64,000 nucleotides of DNA, taken from positions 218 to 64,217 of the forward strand of contig MNWN01000041.1 of NCBI GenBank assembly GCA_001872545.1, read 5' to 3'. Origin of the DNA: Parcubacteria group bacterium CG1_02_58_44 (GTDB lineage: Bacteria; Patescibacteriota; Patescibacteriia; SG8-24). This document shows, piece by piece, positions 1-8,169 of the stretch; position 1 is the first letter of the stretch, and every line of letters begins with the position of its first letter. The notes under the pieces are model-generated. The model saw only the letters and a list, made by a program, of their open reading frames with translations. It had not been told where the DNA came from and did no database searches. The position numbers and the translations under genes are program-made.

Positions 1-1150
1 CAGAATATCCGATCAATTCCCCTCTCTCGACAAAAGTATCCTCCTTCACGACGATGCGGCTCAGGTGTCCGTAGACCGAAGAAAGATCGTTTCCGTGCAC
101 CAGCAGTACGTAGCTGTAACCCATGCCGGCATTCTTGGCTCGACCGACGACTCCGGATGCAACGGCTCGTACCGGAGTCCCCTGATAGGCTCGGATGTCG
201 ATACCTGGATGCTCGAATATATTACGGAACGGATAGTCAGGATCATGAAAAGTGCATGATAAACCACGTTCCGGATTGACCGGCCAGGCAAGTACTGTAG
301 AGGACGTACCTAGACGTTCCGAGAGATCCATTTTTTCACGCAGTGTCCTCTCCAAGGAGGTGATCTCCGAGTCCGCTTCATCCTGTTCGCGCTTTAGTTC
401 GGCCAACATATACCGGTACTCGAGTTCGGACGACATTGTCTCGGACAGCAGTGCATCCTTAAGCATCAGCTCGTCACTCATCTTTCGTCTCGTTGACTCC
501 AGATCCAACTTGCGAGACGCTGTCTCGATACGTTTATTCTCTCTTTCCTGACGTTCTGTCTCCAAATTCGACTTGAGTCCGGAGATATTCTTGAGGGATC
601 CGTCCAAACTGCGCTGCAGAGAAACCACCGCATAGAGCTCATCGAAAAAATCGGAAAAGGTATCATGCGAAAGCAGAAGCTCTAAAACGCTCGAATCAGT
701 CTGACGGCGATTAAGGCCTCGAGCCAGAGAGCCAAGCAATATCCGCTCGTGTTCCATCTGTCTTTCCACCTCACCGATCCTAGTATCGAGACCACTGACC
801 TGAAGTTCGATGACTCTGATCTCCTGCTCCGAAACCTCAATGCTGACTTTGGTCTTGGCCACCTGACTCTCTATCAGATTGATCTGATCCTCTATTGATG
901 CGCCCTCAATCTTCTTCTGAGAAATAAGTTGACGATAGTGATCTACCCGATCGTTGAGCTCCTTCACCTGAGTTTTCTTTTTCTGCACCTCAGAATTCAT
1001 TTCTTCGATCTCACTCTTTACGTCTGAACTTTCGGCGAAAACAGTGCTGATCGGAATCAAAAATCCAATCGACAAAACTAAAACAACAAGACCGAACGAC
1101 AACACGCTCAGCTTCGACATCTTCGAATTTTCAAATTGTCTTTTTGCCAT
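1..1150 (-). CDS. M23 family metallopeptidase with long coiled coil (EnvC/NlpD-like), 3' end runs off the window
   Basis: Not in the ORF track. Manual translation from ATG at 1150 gives MAKRQFEN, a signal/TM segment, a coiled coil, then WPV...EHPGIDIR...SVYGHLS (M23 motifs). Confidence 0.85.
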   Translation of the reverse strand, partial: MAKRQFENSKMSKLSVLSFGLVVLVLSIGFLIPISTVFAESSDVKSEIEEMNSEVQKKKTQVKELNDRVDHYRQLISQKKIEGASIEDQINLIESQVAKTKVSIEVSEQEIRVIELQVSGLDTRIGEVERQMEHERILLGSLARGLNRRQTDSSVLELLLSHDTFSDFFDELYAVVSLQRSLDGSLKNISGLKSNLETERQERENKRIETASRKLDLESTRRKMSDELMLKDALLSETMSSELEYRYMLAELKREQDEADSEITSLERTLREKMDLSERLGTSSTVLAWPVNPERGLSCTFHDPDYPFRNIFEHPGIDIRAYQGTPVRAVASGVVGRAKNAGMGYSYVLLVHGNDLSSVYGHLSRIVVKEDTFVERGELIGYS

Positions 1151-1154
1151 CAAG

Positions 1155-2621
1155 CTACAGTTTAGCTATGGCCGATCCAAGACGTCGAACGGTCGTCTCC
1201 TGACCCAGAGCCCAGGCCACCTCAAACGGACCTGGCGACGCCGACAGTCCAGTCAATGCGACACGCATCGGCCAGAGAGTCTCCGCGTTTGTCCATCCCA
1301 TCTTGATGACGAAACCCAGCAGTTCCGATTCAATCGACTCTCGACTATCAAAAATCTTCGGTTCGAGTTCAGAGATATGCTCTTTTAGTCCGATTAGCCG
1401 ATCCTTGGCGATCTCAACCGTCGATTTCTTCCAGGACAGAAGGCCGGGATCAACGTCCGGATCCTCAAACAGGAACGGTAATGCAGCCGGTATTTCGGAC
1501 AGTGTCCTGGCCCGACTTCGCTCAAGCAACGCCACCTTGGCGATGATCTCCTGATCAGTTCCCAAACCGGCCTTTTCGAAGAATGGCTTTGCCAAACCTA
1601 TCAGCTCCTCATCCGACAGCTTCTTTATGTACTCGCCGTTCATCCAGTCGAGCTTCTCTAGGTCAAAGATGGCCCCACCGCGATTGACTTTGGTTAGGTC
1701 GAAAGAGTCGACCAGTTCCTGGCGGCTGTAAATCTCCCGATCGCTGTTCGGATTCCAACCTAACAGAGCCACAAAGTTCACTAAAGCTTCGGAGAGATAG
1801 CCCTTGTCACGGTAGTCCTCGACGGCCACGTCGCCCTGGCGCTTCGAGAGTTTGGAACGGTCCCGATTCAGCAACAGCGGCAAGTGCGCGAACTTAGGCT
1901 GTTCCCAACCGAAAGCTTCATAGAGCATAACGTGCTTGGGCGTCGACGGACACCACTCCTCGCCCCTGATGACATGGGTTATCTCCATAAGGTGGTCGTC
2001 TACCACGACGGCCAGATGATAGGTCGGAAACCCATCCGATTTCAGCAGCACCTGATCGTCGACCTGATCGTTCGATATCTCAATTCGTCCGCGTATCAGG
2101 TCGTTCCAACCGGTCGTACCCTCAAACGGCACGGCCAGACGCACGACGTGTGGCTGACCGCTCGCCAAGAGCGTCTGCCTTTCCTCCTCGGACAAATCGC
2201 GGCAGCGACGATCGTACATCGTTCGGCCGCCCTCCGTACGCTGCCTCTCCCTCATTTCGTCCAGACGCTCAGCGCAGCAGAAACAGCGATAGGCATAACC
2301 TTTGTCTACCAACTGGTTGACGTATTTTTTGTAAATGTCAAGCCTCTGAGACTGAACGTACGGACCGTACTCGCCGTGCTCACGCAGCTCACCGGCCGAA
2401 TCAATGTAAGGACCCTCATCAGGCTCTATTCCGGCCCACCTCAAGGTACTGATGATATTCTCGATGCCACCGTCTACCAGTCTGGTACGATCAGTGTCTT
2501 CGATACGTAAAATAAGTCGTCCATTGTTCTTCCGGGCGAAGAGCTCGCAATATAGTGCTGTACGCAATCCGCCGACATGCAAGAATCCGGTCGGTGAAGG
2601 CGCAAATCTGACCCTGATCAT
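1155..2621 (-). CDS. gltX: Glutamate--tRNA ligase
   Basis: RFAPSPTGFLHVGG (HIGH-like), RIEDTD, KLSKR (KMSKS-like). Confidence 0.97.
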   Translation of the reverse strand: MIRVRFAPSPTGFLHVGGLRTALYCELFARKNNGRLILRIEDTDRTRLVDGGIENIISTLRWAGIEPDEGPYIDSAGELREHGEYGPYVQSQRLDIYKKYVNQLVDKGYAYRCFCCAERLDEMRERQRTEGGRTMYDRRCRDLSEEERQTLLASGQPHVVRLAVPFEGTTGWNDLIRGRIEISNDQVDDQVLLKSDGFPTYHLAVVVDDHLMEITHVIRGEEWCPSTPKHVMLYEAFGWEQPKFAHLPLLLNRDRSKLSKRQGDVAVEDYRDKGYLSEALVNFVALLGWNPNSDREIYSRQELVDSFDLTKVNRGGAIFDLEKLDWMNGEYIKKLSDEELIGLAKPFFEKAGLGTDQEIIAKVALLERSRARTLSEIPAALPFLFEDPDVDPGLLSWKKSTVEIAKDRLIGLKEHISELEPKIFDSRESIESELLGFVIKMGWTNAETLWPMRVALTGLSASPGPFEVAWALGQETTVRRLGSAIAKL

Positions 2622-3394
2622 AGTCTGTTCCTTTCTGCCTTAATGATACCAAGCCGCACCCCCAGAACCAAGGCCGGGAAAAATACGACGGCAGTTAATA
2701 TGCGGCCCAAACGCCACGGCTGCAAGATGAGCCGCCAACACCACTCCAGCCCTAGTTGTCGAATCCAACGCGGTGCTCGTCGTACATCGCCGGCCCAAAA
2801 GTCGAAGGCGCCACCGATTCCCATGGCTACCCTAACCGAGGGAAACTTATGCAAATGCGAGGCGATCCATCTCTCCTGGATTTCATGTCCGAATGCGACG
2901 AACAGAACGTCTGGTGCGGCAGCTGAGATGGATTCTTTCACCTCTGGTGAGAGCAACGGTTCATCATCCGAGTCAACCGAAATACGGCCACCACTCAAAG
3001 TTCCGACGACCTTCAGAGCCGGATGACGATCCTGCATCCGTCGAGCCGCTCGACTAGCCACCCCATCTCCGCCGCCTAGAAAATATACAGTAAGACCATA
3101 TTCTGCGACCAAACGACAGACTGCGTCCACCAGATCCGTACCGGTTACTCGTTCCGGGATCTTTAACCCAAAAAATTTAGCAGCCCAGAGTAACCCTACC
3201 CCATCGGGTACATTGAGGTCGCCTTTTTGCAAAGTGTCGCAAAATGGCCGACTTCTTCGGGCCAGAACAAGCATCTCCGGATTCGGCGTAAAGACTGCTC
3301 TTCCCAATTTTTCAGCTAAAAAGTAGGCAATTCTCTGTTTGACCTCTTGGTTAGTGAAGGTGTCGATCGGAACTCCCAATAGTCGAATTCTCAT
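2618..3394 (-). CDS. WecB/TagA/CpsF family glycosyltransferase
   Basis: TPNPEML, PDGVG, ERVTGTDL, GIGGAFDF, RRAP, LGLEW motifs. Start placed at MRIRLLG. Confidence 0.92.
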   Translation of the reverse strand: MRIRLLGVPIDTFTNQEVKQRIAYFLAEKLGRAVFTPNPEMLVLARRSRPFCDTLQKGDLNVPDGVGLLWAAKFFGLKIPERVTGTDLVDAVCRLVAEYGLTVYFLGGGDGVASRAARRMQDRHPALKVVGTLSGGRISVDSDDEPLLSPEVKESISAAAPDVLFVAFGHEIQERWIASHLHKFPSVRVAMGIGGAFDFWAGDVRRAPRWIRQLGLEWCWRLILQPWRLGRILTAVVFFPALVLGVRLGIIKAERNRL

Positions 3395-3531
3395 AGTAGG
3401 GTAAAGAATAGCATGCAAAAAAAGAAAGGCAAGTATGTCTTCACGACAAAATAGGCCGAAAGGTCTATTTTTTATGGATAAGTTTTAGACTTAGCCTTAA
3501 AATGTGATACGCCAATACCACACAATGTCAC

Positions 3532-3559
3532 TTGACTTTCCAGCCGTTTGTGCTATCGT
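3532..3559 (+). promoter_or_regulatory. Sigma70-type promoter for the passenger cassette
   Basis: TTGACT-N16-TATCGT with a TG extension. The ATG at 3568 implies a near-leaderless mRNA. Confidence 0.55.
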
Positions 3560-3567
3560 TCGGTCAT

Positions 3568-3951
3568 ATGGCGAAGAAGAAAGAAGAAAAGCTAGCCGAA
3601 AGACTAGAAAGGATCAAGATTCTTGAGAAGCAGCGCGATGACATTACGCGCGAGCTTGAGGTTCTTATTGGTCTTAGAGAACCGGAAAAGCCAGCACAAC
3701 CTCCAGAAGGTTACGAGCAAGGTAAGGAAATCGTCGAGATTGTTAGGTCAGCCGGTAGGCCCATGACGACCCCTGACATAGTTAAAGCCATCTTCAAGAA
3801 GTGGGACTACAAAGTCAATGCTTCCAGTGTTAGAACTTCCGGAAAATTTGTAGCTAAGACATATCCAGACCGTCTTGTATATGAAAACAAGAAGTTTAGC
3901 GTTCCTAAGCCCAAAGTAGAACCGTACATAGACGTTCCACGGATAGAATAG
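3568..3951 (+). CDS. Hypothetical passenger protein (N-terminal coiled coil, possible C-terminal winged helix)
   Basis: 127 aa from MAKKKEEKL. Heptad-like N-terminus; IVEIVRSAGRPMTTPDIVKAI resembles winged-helix helices 1-2. Confidence 0.7.
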   Translation: MAKKKEEKLAERLERIKILEKQRDDITRELEVLIGLREPEKPAQPPEGYEQGKEIVEIVRSAGRPMTTPDIVKAIFKKWDYKVNASSVRTSGKFVAKTYPDRLVYENKKFSVPKPKVEPYIDVPRIE

Positions 3952-3959
3952 GCAACAAA

Positions 3960-4074
3960 AATCCGTCCATAGAGCGGGTGGTAGAGCTGTGTGAAATCAC
4001 AGATGGTAGCTACCTCGCCAAAGGTCGCTTATGCGATCTCTCAACTATGCTACCACTCGCTTCATGGACGGATT
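3960..4074 (+). ncRNA. Putative structured RNA element (long closing stem with inner hairpins)
   Basis: AATCCGTCCAT/ATGGACGGATT and AGCGGGTGGTAG/CTACCACTCGCT stems enclose CTGTG/CACAG and GTCGC/GCGAT hairpins. G-U pairs favour the + strand. Confidence 0.5.
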
Positions 4075-4095
4075 GAAACTTCACAACAGAGCTGG

Positions 4096-4183
4096 GCGGA
4101 GGTGGCGAAACTGGAATACGCACCCGTCTTGAAAACGGGCGTCCTGCACGGATTTGCGGGTTCAAGCCCCGTCCTCCGCACCA
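4096..4183 (+). tRNA. Class II tRNA, anticodon UGA (Ser) on a Leu-type body, CCA encoded
   Basis: Acceptor GCGGAGG/CCTCCGC, A73, CCA. D arm GCG-AAACTGGAATA-CGC. Anticodon arm CCCGT-CTTGAAA-ACGGG. Variable arm GTCC-TGCAC-GGAT. T arm GCGGG-TTCAAGC-CCCGT. Confidence 0.93.
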
Positions 4184-4311
4184 GCCTTGTTGTGAAGAAA
4201 AGAGCTTAACGTAGCTATATTCTGATGATTGGAGTATAGCATTTCCTGTCTCTCGAATCAAGAGACTACAGTAGTAGTTATACACAATTTGCTTTGACTG
4301 TCAAGTCAACT

Positions 4312-4491
4312 ATGTCCGGTAAAAAGCTGATGAAAGATAAGGGTCATACCTCAAAGAGCAGGTTCTTCAACCTGCTCAAGAGGGCCGCACAACCTCAGAA
4401 AGAAGAAGATGGAACAGGTGAACCGGAGAGTTCCGGTGATTCCAGCGAAAAACGTGTTCGTCAACGTACTCCTGAAGATGGGCAGGACTGA
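4312..4491 (+). CDS. Small hypothetical protein overlapping the transposase 3' end on the opposite strand
   Basis: 59 aa: basic N-terminus, amphipathic SRFFNLLKRAAQP helix, charged tail. Confidence 0.4.
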   Translation: MSGKKLMKDKGHTSKSRFFNLLKRAAQPQKEEDGTGEPESSGDSSEKRVRQRTPEDGQD

Positions 4492-5236
4492 CGGCATGGT
4501 ACGTACCGTCCACGGAACGCTTTAGCTGACCCCAAAATCCCTCAATGCTGTTGGTGTAGACGTTGCCCCGAACGTACTCACCGGCAGAATGTCTAACAGT
4601 ATGGTGATTGTAGCCATGCTCTTTTGATCTCTTGTAGCTAGCCATCTCGTCCGTCATTACAGTCGATCCGATCTTCACGTTCTCGCGGATAAGCGGCATT
4701 ACCGTCTTTGCCCTCACGTTCGGAACGGCCTTAGCGAACACCTTGCCGGTGTCCCGGTTTGAGATGCCGAACACGGCGGTCTTTCCGGCGGCCCCACGAC
4801 CGCGCTTGCCGTGCCTGCGCCCGCCGATATAGGTCTCGTCAACCTCTACCGTTCCGCTGAACGGCGACGAACCGAAACGCATTAAGGAACGGATGCGGCG
4901 TGACATGGACAGGGCCGTCTTGTATTCGCAGCCGACGATTCTGGCTATCTCCGTCGCCGCCATCCCGTTCTTGCCCTGTGACATCAGGAAGATAGTCAGG
5001 AAATAGTCCTCAAGCGGTATCTCGGACTTGTTGAAGATTGTTCCGGCGGTTGGGGAAACCTGCCTCTTTCCACAACCGCAAGTGAAAGTCCTGCGGTTTT
5101 TTGTCCTCTTAAACTTACCGGACCGACCGCATTTCTCGCACTTGAAGTCTGGACCGAAACGGAGATCGAAAAGGTACTGCAAGCAAGCCGATTCGTCGGG
5201 AAAGTCTGCCTTGAACTGTCTACGGGTGTATTTCAT
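4376..5236 (-). CDS. IS1595 family (ISXO2-like) DDE transposase
   Basis: N-terminal zinc ribbon (CEKC...CGCG), HTH, VEVDETYIGG, TDE, TNSIEGFW. Start moved to 5236 because the ATG at 5245 abuts the -10 box. Confidence 0.95.
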   Translation of the reverse strand: MKYTRRQFKADFPDESACLQYLFDLRFGPDFKCEKCGRSGKFKRTKNRRTFTCGCGKRQVSPTAGTIFNKSEIPLEDYFLTIFLMSQGKNGMAATEIARIVGCEYKTALSMSRRIRSLMRFGSSPFSGTVEVDETYIGGRRHGKRGRGAAGKTAVFGISNRDTGKVFAKAVPNVRAKTVMPLIRENVKIGSTVMTDEMASYKRSKEHGYNHHTVRHSAGEYVRGNVYTNSIEGFWGQLKRSVDGTYHAVSPAHLQEYVDEHVFRWNHRNSPVHLFHLLLSEVVRPS

Positions 5237-5245
5237 ATCACCCAT

Positions 5246-5274
5246 ATTCTAGCATGGCCTTATTTTGCTGTCAA
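5246..5274 (-). promoter_or_regulatory. Transposase promoter
   Basis: TTGACA-N17-TAGAAT on the minus strand. Confidence 0.7.
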
Positions 5275-5398
5275 GAGTAGTTTTAAGGTTAAAATATGTC
5301 TAAAATAAGGCCATTTTCATTTTGTCGTGAAGACATACTCGCCAAAGAAAAGCCTTGGCCTTAACTTGACACCGTCCCAGTTAGGCATGACAATAATG

Positions 5399-5425
5399 TT
5401 AGCAGTCTCTACATTAGAGTGCTAA
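5399..5425 (+). promoter_or_regulatory. CIRCE operator (HrcA site) upstream of clpB
   Basis: TTAGCAGTC-N9-GAGTGCTAA, one mismatch to consensus TTAGCACTC-N9-GAGTGCTAA. TTGACA at 5366-5371. Confidence 0.9.
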
Positions 5426-5462
5426 AGGCCTCAATTTTGCCTAAAAAATCAGGCTAAAGACT

Positions 5463-8105
5463 ATGCTTCCCAAAAACTTCACCACTAAATCGCGTGAGGC
5501 TATAGAGTCAGCCCAGGTTCAGGCCTTCGAGAACGGCAACCCGGAACTCAGCCCACTGCACATTCTGACCGCTCTCCTAGAACAGTCCGAGGAGGTCATC
5601 GGATCGGTCTGTGACAAGTTAGAGACTGATCGGTCCGAGCTAAATCGCCGGACACAGAGTCTTGTTGCCCAGCTACCGAAGCAAGAGCCCTCGTCCGATA
5701 CAGCTCAATTGGCACTGGGTTTGGCTACAGTTCGTGTCCTTCGTCAGGCCGAAAAAGAGGCCAAGGGCTTCGGCGACGAATACATCTCGACCGAACATCT
5801 ACTGCTGGCTCTGCTCGAAATCCCCTCTCCGGCAAAGACACTGCTCGACGAGGCTGGAATCTTACATGACGGAGTAATGAAAGTCTTGGTCGAAATCAGG
5901 GGTTCACAGAAAGTAGACTCGCCCGAACCTGAACAGAAATATCAGGCCCTAAAAAAATATTCCCGCAACCTGACCGAGCTAGCCCGTAAGGAAAAGCTCG
6001 ATCCGATCATCGGACGTGATGAGGAGATACGTCGGGTGATGCAGGTGCTGTCGAGACGGACCAAGAACAATCCGGTGCTGATAGGCGAGGCCGGCACCGG
6101 CAAGACGGCGATCGTCGAGGGCCTGGCCCAACGCATCATCCAAGGTGACGTGCCCGAACTGCTGAAGGACAAAGAGATCGCCGTATTGGACCTTGGTTCG
6201 TTGGTGGCCGGATCAAAATTTCGTGGTGAGTTCGAGGACCGTCTCAAGGCCCTGCTCAGGGAAATCGAGAGTTCGGACGGACGTGTCATCCTCTTCGTCG
6301 ACGAACTTCACACCCTAGTCGGTGCAGGATCGAGCGACGGCTCTCCTCTCGACGCCTCCAATATGCTGAAGCCGGCTCTGGCCCGGGGTGAGCTGCGGGC
6401 GATCGGAGCTACGACGCCGAAGGAATACCAGAAATACATAGAAAAAGACGCGGCGCTCGAACGTCGATTTCAGCCGGTCTCGGTCACCGAGCCGTCTTTT
6501 GACGACGCAGTCGCTATCCTACGCGGTATCAAGGAACGCTACGAGCTGCATCACGGCGTCCGCATCACCGATCCGGCGGTAGTCGCGGCGGTGGAACTCT
6601 CCACACGCTACATCCAGGATCGTTTTCTGCCGGACAAGGCCGTCGACGTGATCGACGAAGCAGCCTCCGCCTTACGCATGGAGATCGACTCCGAACCGCA
6701 GGAAATCGATGCACTCAAGCGTAGCCTAATGCGTTTGAGACTGGAGAAGCTGGCATTAGAGAAAGAAGATGACTCTGACTCTAAGGAACGGCTGTCGGAG
6801 ATAGAAAAGGGTCTGGCCGAACTCAACGAGCGCTATTCCTCGCTCGAGCTGTCGTGGAAAAATGAACGCGAGGCCATTGCGGAGATACGCTCTAGCCGCA
6901 AACGTACGGACGAACTCAGACAGGAAGCGGAGATCGCCCAAAGGAGCGGCGATGACCGTAGCATGGTCCGAGCCGGCGAAATACTTCACCGCGAGATACC
7001 TGAGGCTCAAAAAGACCTAGACCGCGCGACGCAGAAACTGGCCGAACTGCAGTTCGGCCACCGCTTTCTGAAGGAAGAAGTGACGGAGAAAGACGTGGCC
7101 AAGGTCGTCTCGCGCTGGACCGGCATCCCCGTCGCCAAGATGCTTCGCGAGGAGGCGACTAAAATGGCCAATATGGAAAAGGAATTAAAAAAGCGTGTCG
7201 TCGGTCAAGAGGAGGCTGTACATGCTGTCGCGGGCGCCATCCGTCGATCCCGGGCCGGTGTGGCCGAGGAGAACCAACCTATCGGGTCTTTCCTCTTTCT
7301 CGGACCGACTGGCGTGGGTAAAACTGAATTGGCCCGAGCCCTGGCGGAGTTCATGTTCAACGACGAGAATGCCATGATTAGACTCGACATGTCCGAATAC
7401 GGCGAAAGGCACACCGTATCCCGAATGCTCGGATCCCCTCCCGGATATGTCGGCCACGACGAGGGAGGTCAGCTGACCGAACAGGTTCGCCGCCGTCCCT
7501 ACTCGGTCGTCCTGCTCGACGAGATCGAAAAGGCCCATCCCGACGTCTGGAATACCTTTCTGCAAATACTGGACGATGGTCGGGTCACCGACTCCAAGGG
7601 ACGCAAGGTGAATTTCAAGAACACGGTCATTATTATGACCTCTAACATCGGCTCGGACACCATACTTGAAGCCGGCCGCCGCGGACACCTAGGCTTCTCC
7701 GATGCCGAGACGCACGAGGATGACTCGGTACGCAGCAGGATAATGGAGCTCCTCAAGGACCAGATGAAGCCGGAATTTTTGAACCGTTTGGACGAGATAA
7801 TCGTCTTTGAATCGCTAAGCGAGATCGAGATAACGCAGATAGCGCAGATCCAACTCGACCGAGTAGCCATCCGGCTGGCCGAACAGCATATCGGAATAAG
7901 CGTCTCCAATGCAGCCCAAAAACTCATCGCCAAGAAGGGCTACGATCCGTCATTTGGGGCCAGACCAATCAAACGTGTCATCCAGCACGAAATTCTCGAC
8001 CCTTTGGCCATGATGATCATCGATGGACGGCTGGAATCAGGCGGACAGGCCAAAATCGACGCGAAAAGCGGTGAACTGACGATCAATATCTCCCAAAAAG
8101 ACTGA
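5463..8105 (+). CDS. clpB: ATP-dependent chaperone ClpB
   Basis: Clp N domain, two AAA+ modules ([16 protein letters not shown]), long M-domain coiled coil. Confidence 0.96.
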   Translation: MLPKNFTTKSREAIESAQVQAFENGNPELSPLHILTALLEQSEEVIGSVCDKLETDRSELNRRTQSLVAQLPKQEPSSDTAQLALGLATVRVLRQAEKEAKGFGDEYISTEHLLLALLEIPSPAKTLLDEAGILHDGVMKVLVEIRGSQKVDSPEPEQKYQALKKYSRNLTELARKEKLDPIIGRDEEIRRVMQVLSRRTKNNPVLIGEAGTGKTAIVEGLAQRIIQGDVPELLKDKEIAVLDLGSLVAGSKFRGEFEDRLKALLREIESSDGRVILFVDELHTLVGAGSSDGSPLDASNMLKPALARGELRAIGATTPKEYQKYIEKDAALERRFQPVSVTEPSFDDAVAILRGIKERYELHHGVRITDPAVVAAVELSTRYIQDRFLPDKAVDVIDEAASALRMEIDSEPQEIDALKRSLMRLRLEKLALEKEDDSDSKERLSEIEKGLAELNERYSSLELSWKNEREAIAEIRSSRKRTDELRQEAEIAQRSGDDRSMVRAGEILHREIPEAQKDLDRATQKLAELQFGHRFLKEEVTEKDVAKVVSRWTGIPVAKMLREEATKMANMEKELKKRVVGQEEAVHAVAGAIRRSRAGVAEENQPIGSFLFLGPTGVGKTELARALAEFMFNDENAMIRLDMSEYGERHTVSRMLGSPPGYVGHDEGGQLTEQVRRRPYSVVLLDEIEKAHPDVWNTFLQILDDGRVTDSKGRKVNFKNTVIIMTSNIGSDTILEAGRRGHLGFSDAETHEDDSVRSRIMELLKDQMKPEFLNRLDEIIVFESLSEIEITQIAQIQLDRVAIRLAEQHIGISVSNAAQKLIAKKGYDPSFGARPIKRVIQHEILDPLAMMIIDGRLESGGQAKIDAKSGELTINISQKD

Positions 8106-8140
8106 CAATCACTGACGGCCGACTTGATTTGAGAGGAAAC

Positions 8141-8169
8141 AAACCCCCCGGAGCAATCCGAGGGGTTTT
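8141..8169 (+). terminator. Intrinsic terminator after clpB
   Basis: AAACCCCCCGGA-GCAA-TCCGAGGGGTTTT hairpin. Confidence 0.7.

Larger units (their letters stand above)
3428..5343. mobile_element. IS1595-family element carrying passenger genes (about 1.9 kb)
   Basis: Left end GGCAAGTATGTCTTCACGACAAAAT (3428-3452) matches the reverse complement of 5319-5343 at 24/25 positions. Direct repeat AAAGAAA flanks both ends (3421-3427, 5344-5350). An ISXO2-like transposase lies inside. Confidence 0.93.

Noticed and set aside
4096-4183. The minus strand of the tRNA shows a UCA anticodon (Sec or opal suppressor) that could explain the internal TGA at 48962
   Set aside because: It is the mirror image of the + strand gene. 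The TTCAA T-loop, D-loop GG and 3' CCA are correctly placed only on the + strand.
4096-4183. tRNA as an attB site for a prophage or island
   Set aside because: There is no integrase and no duplicated tRNA 3' end in the window, and the gene lies inside the IS termini.
3991-4285. ORFs 3991-4209 (+) and 4010-4285 (-)
   Set aside because: They overlap the tRNA and RNA structures and have no protein-like features.
5344-8105. Functional link between the mistranslating-tRNA element and adjacent clpB
   Set aside because: The target duplication shows a simple insertion into an A-rich intergenic site, so adjacency alone is not evidence.
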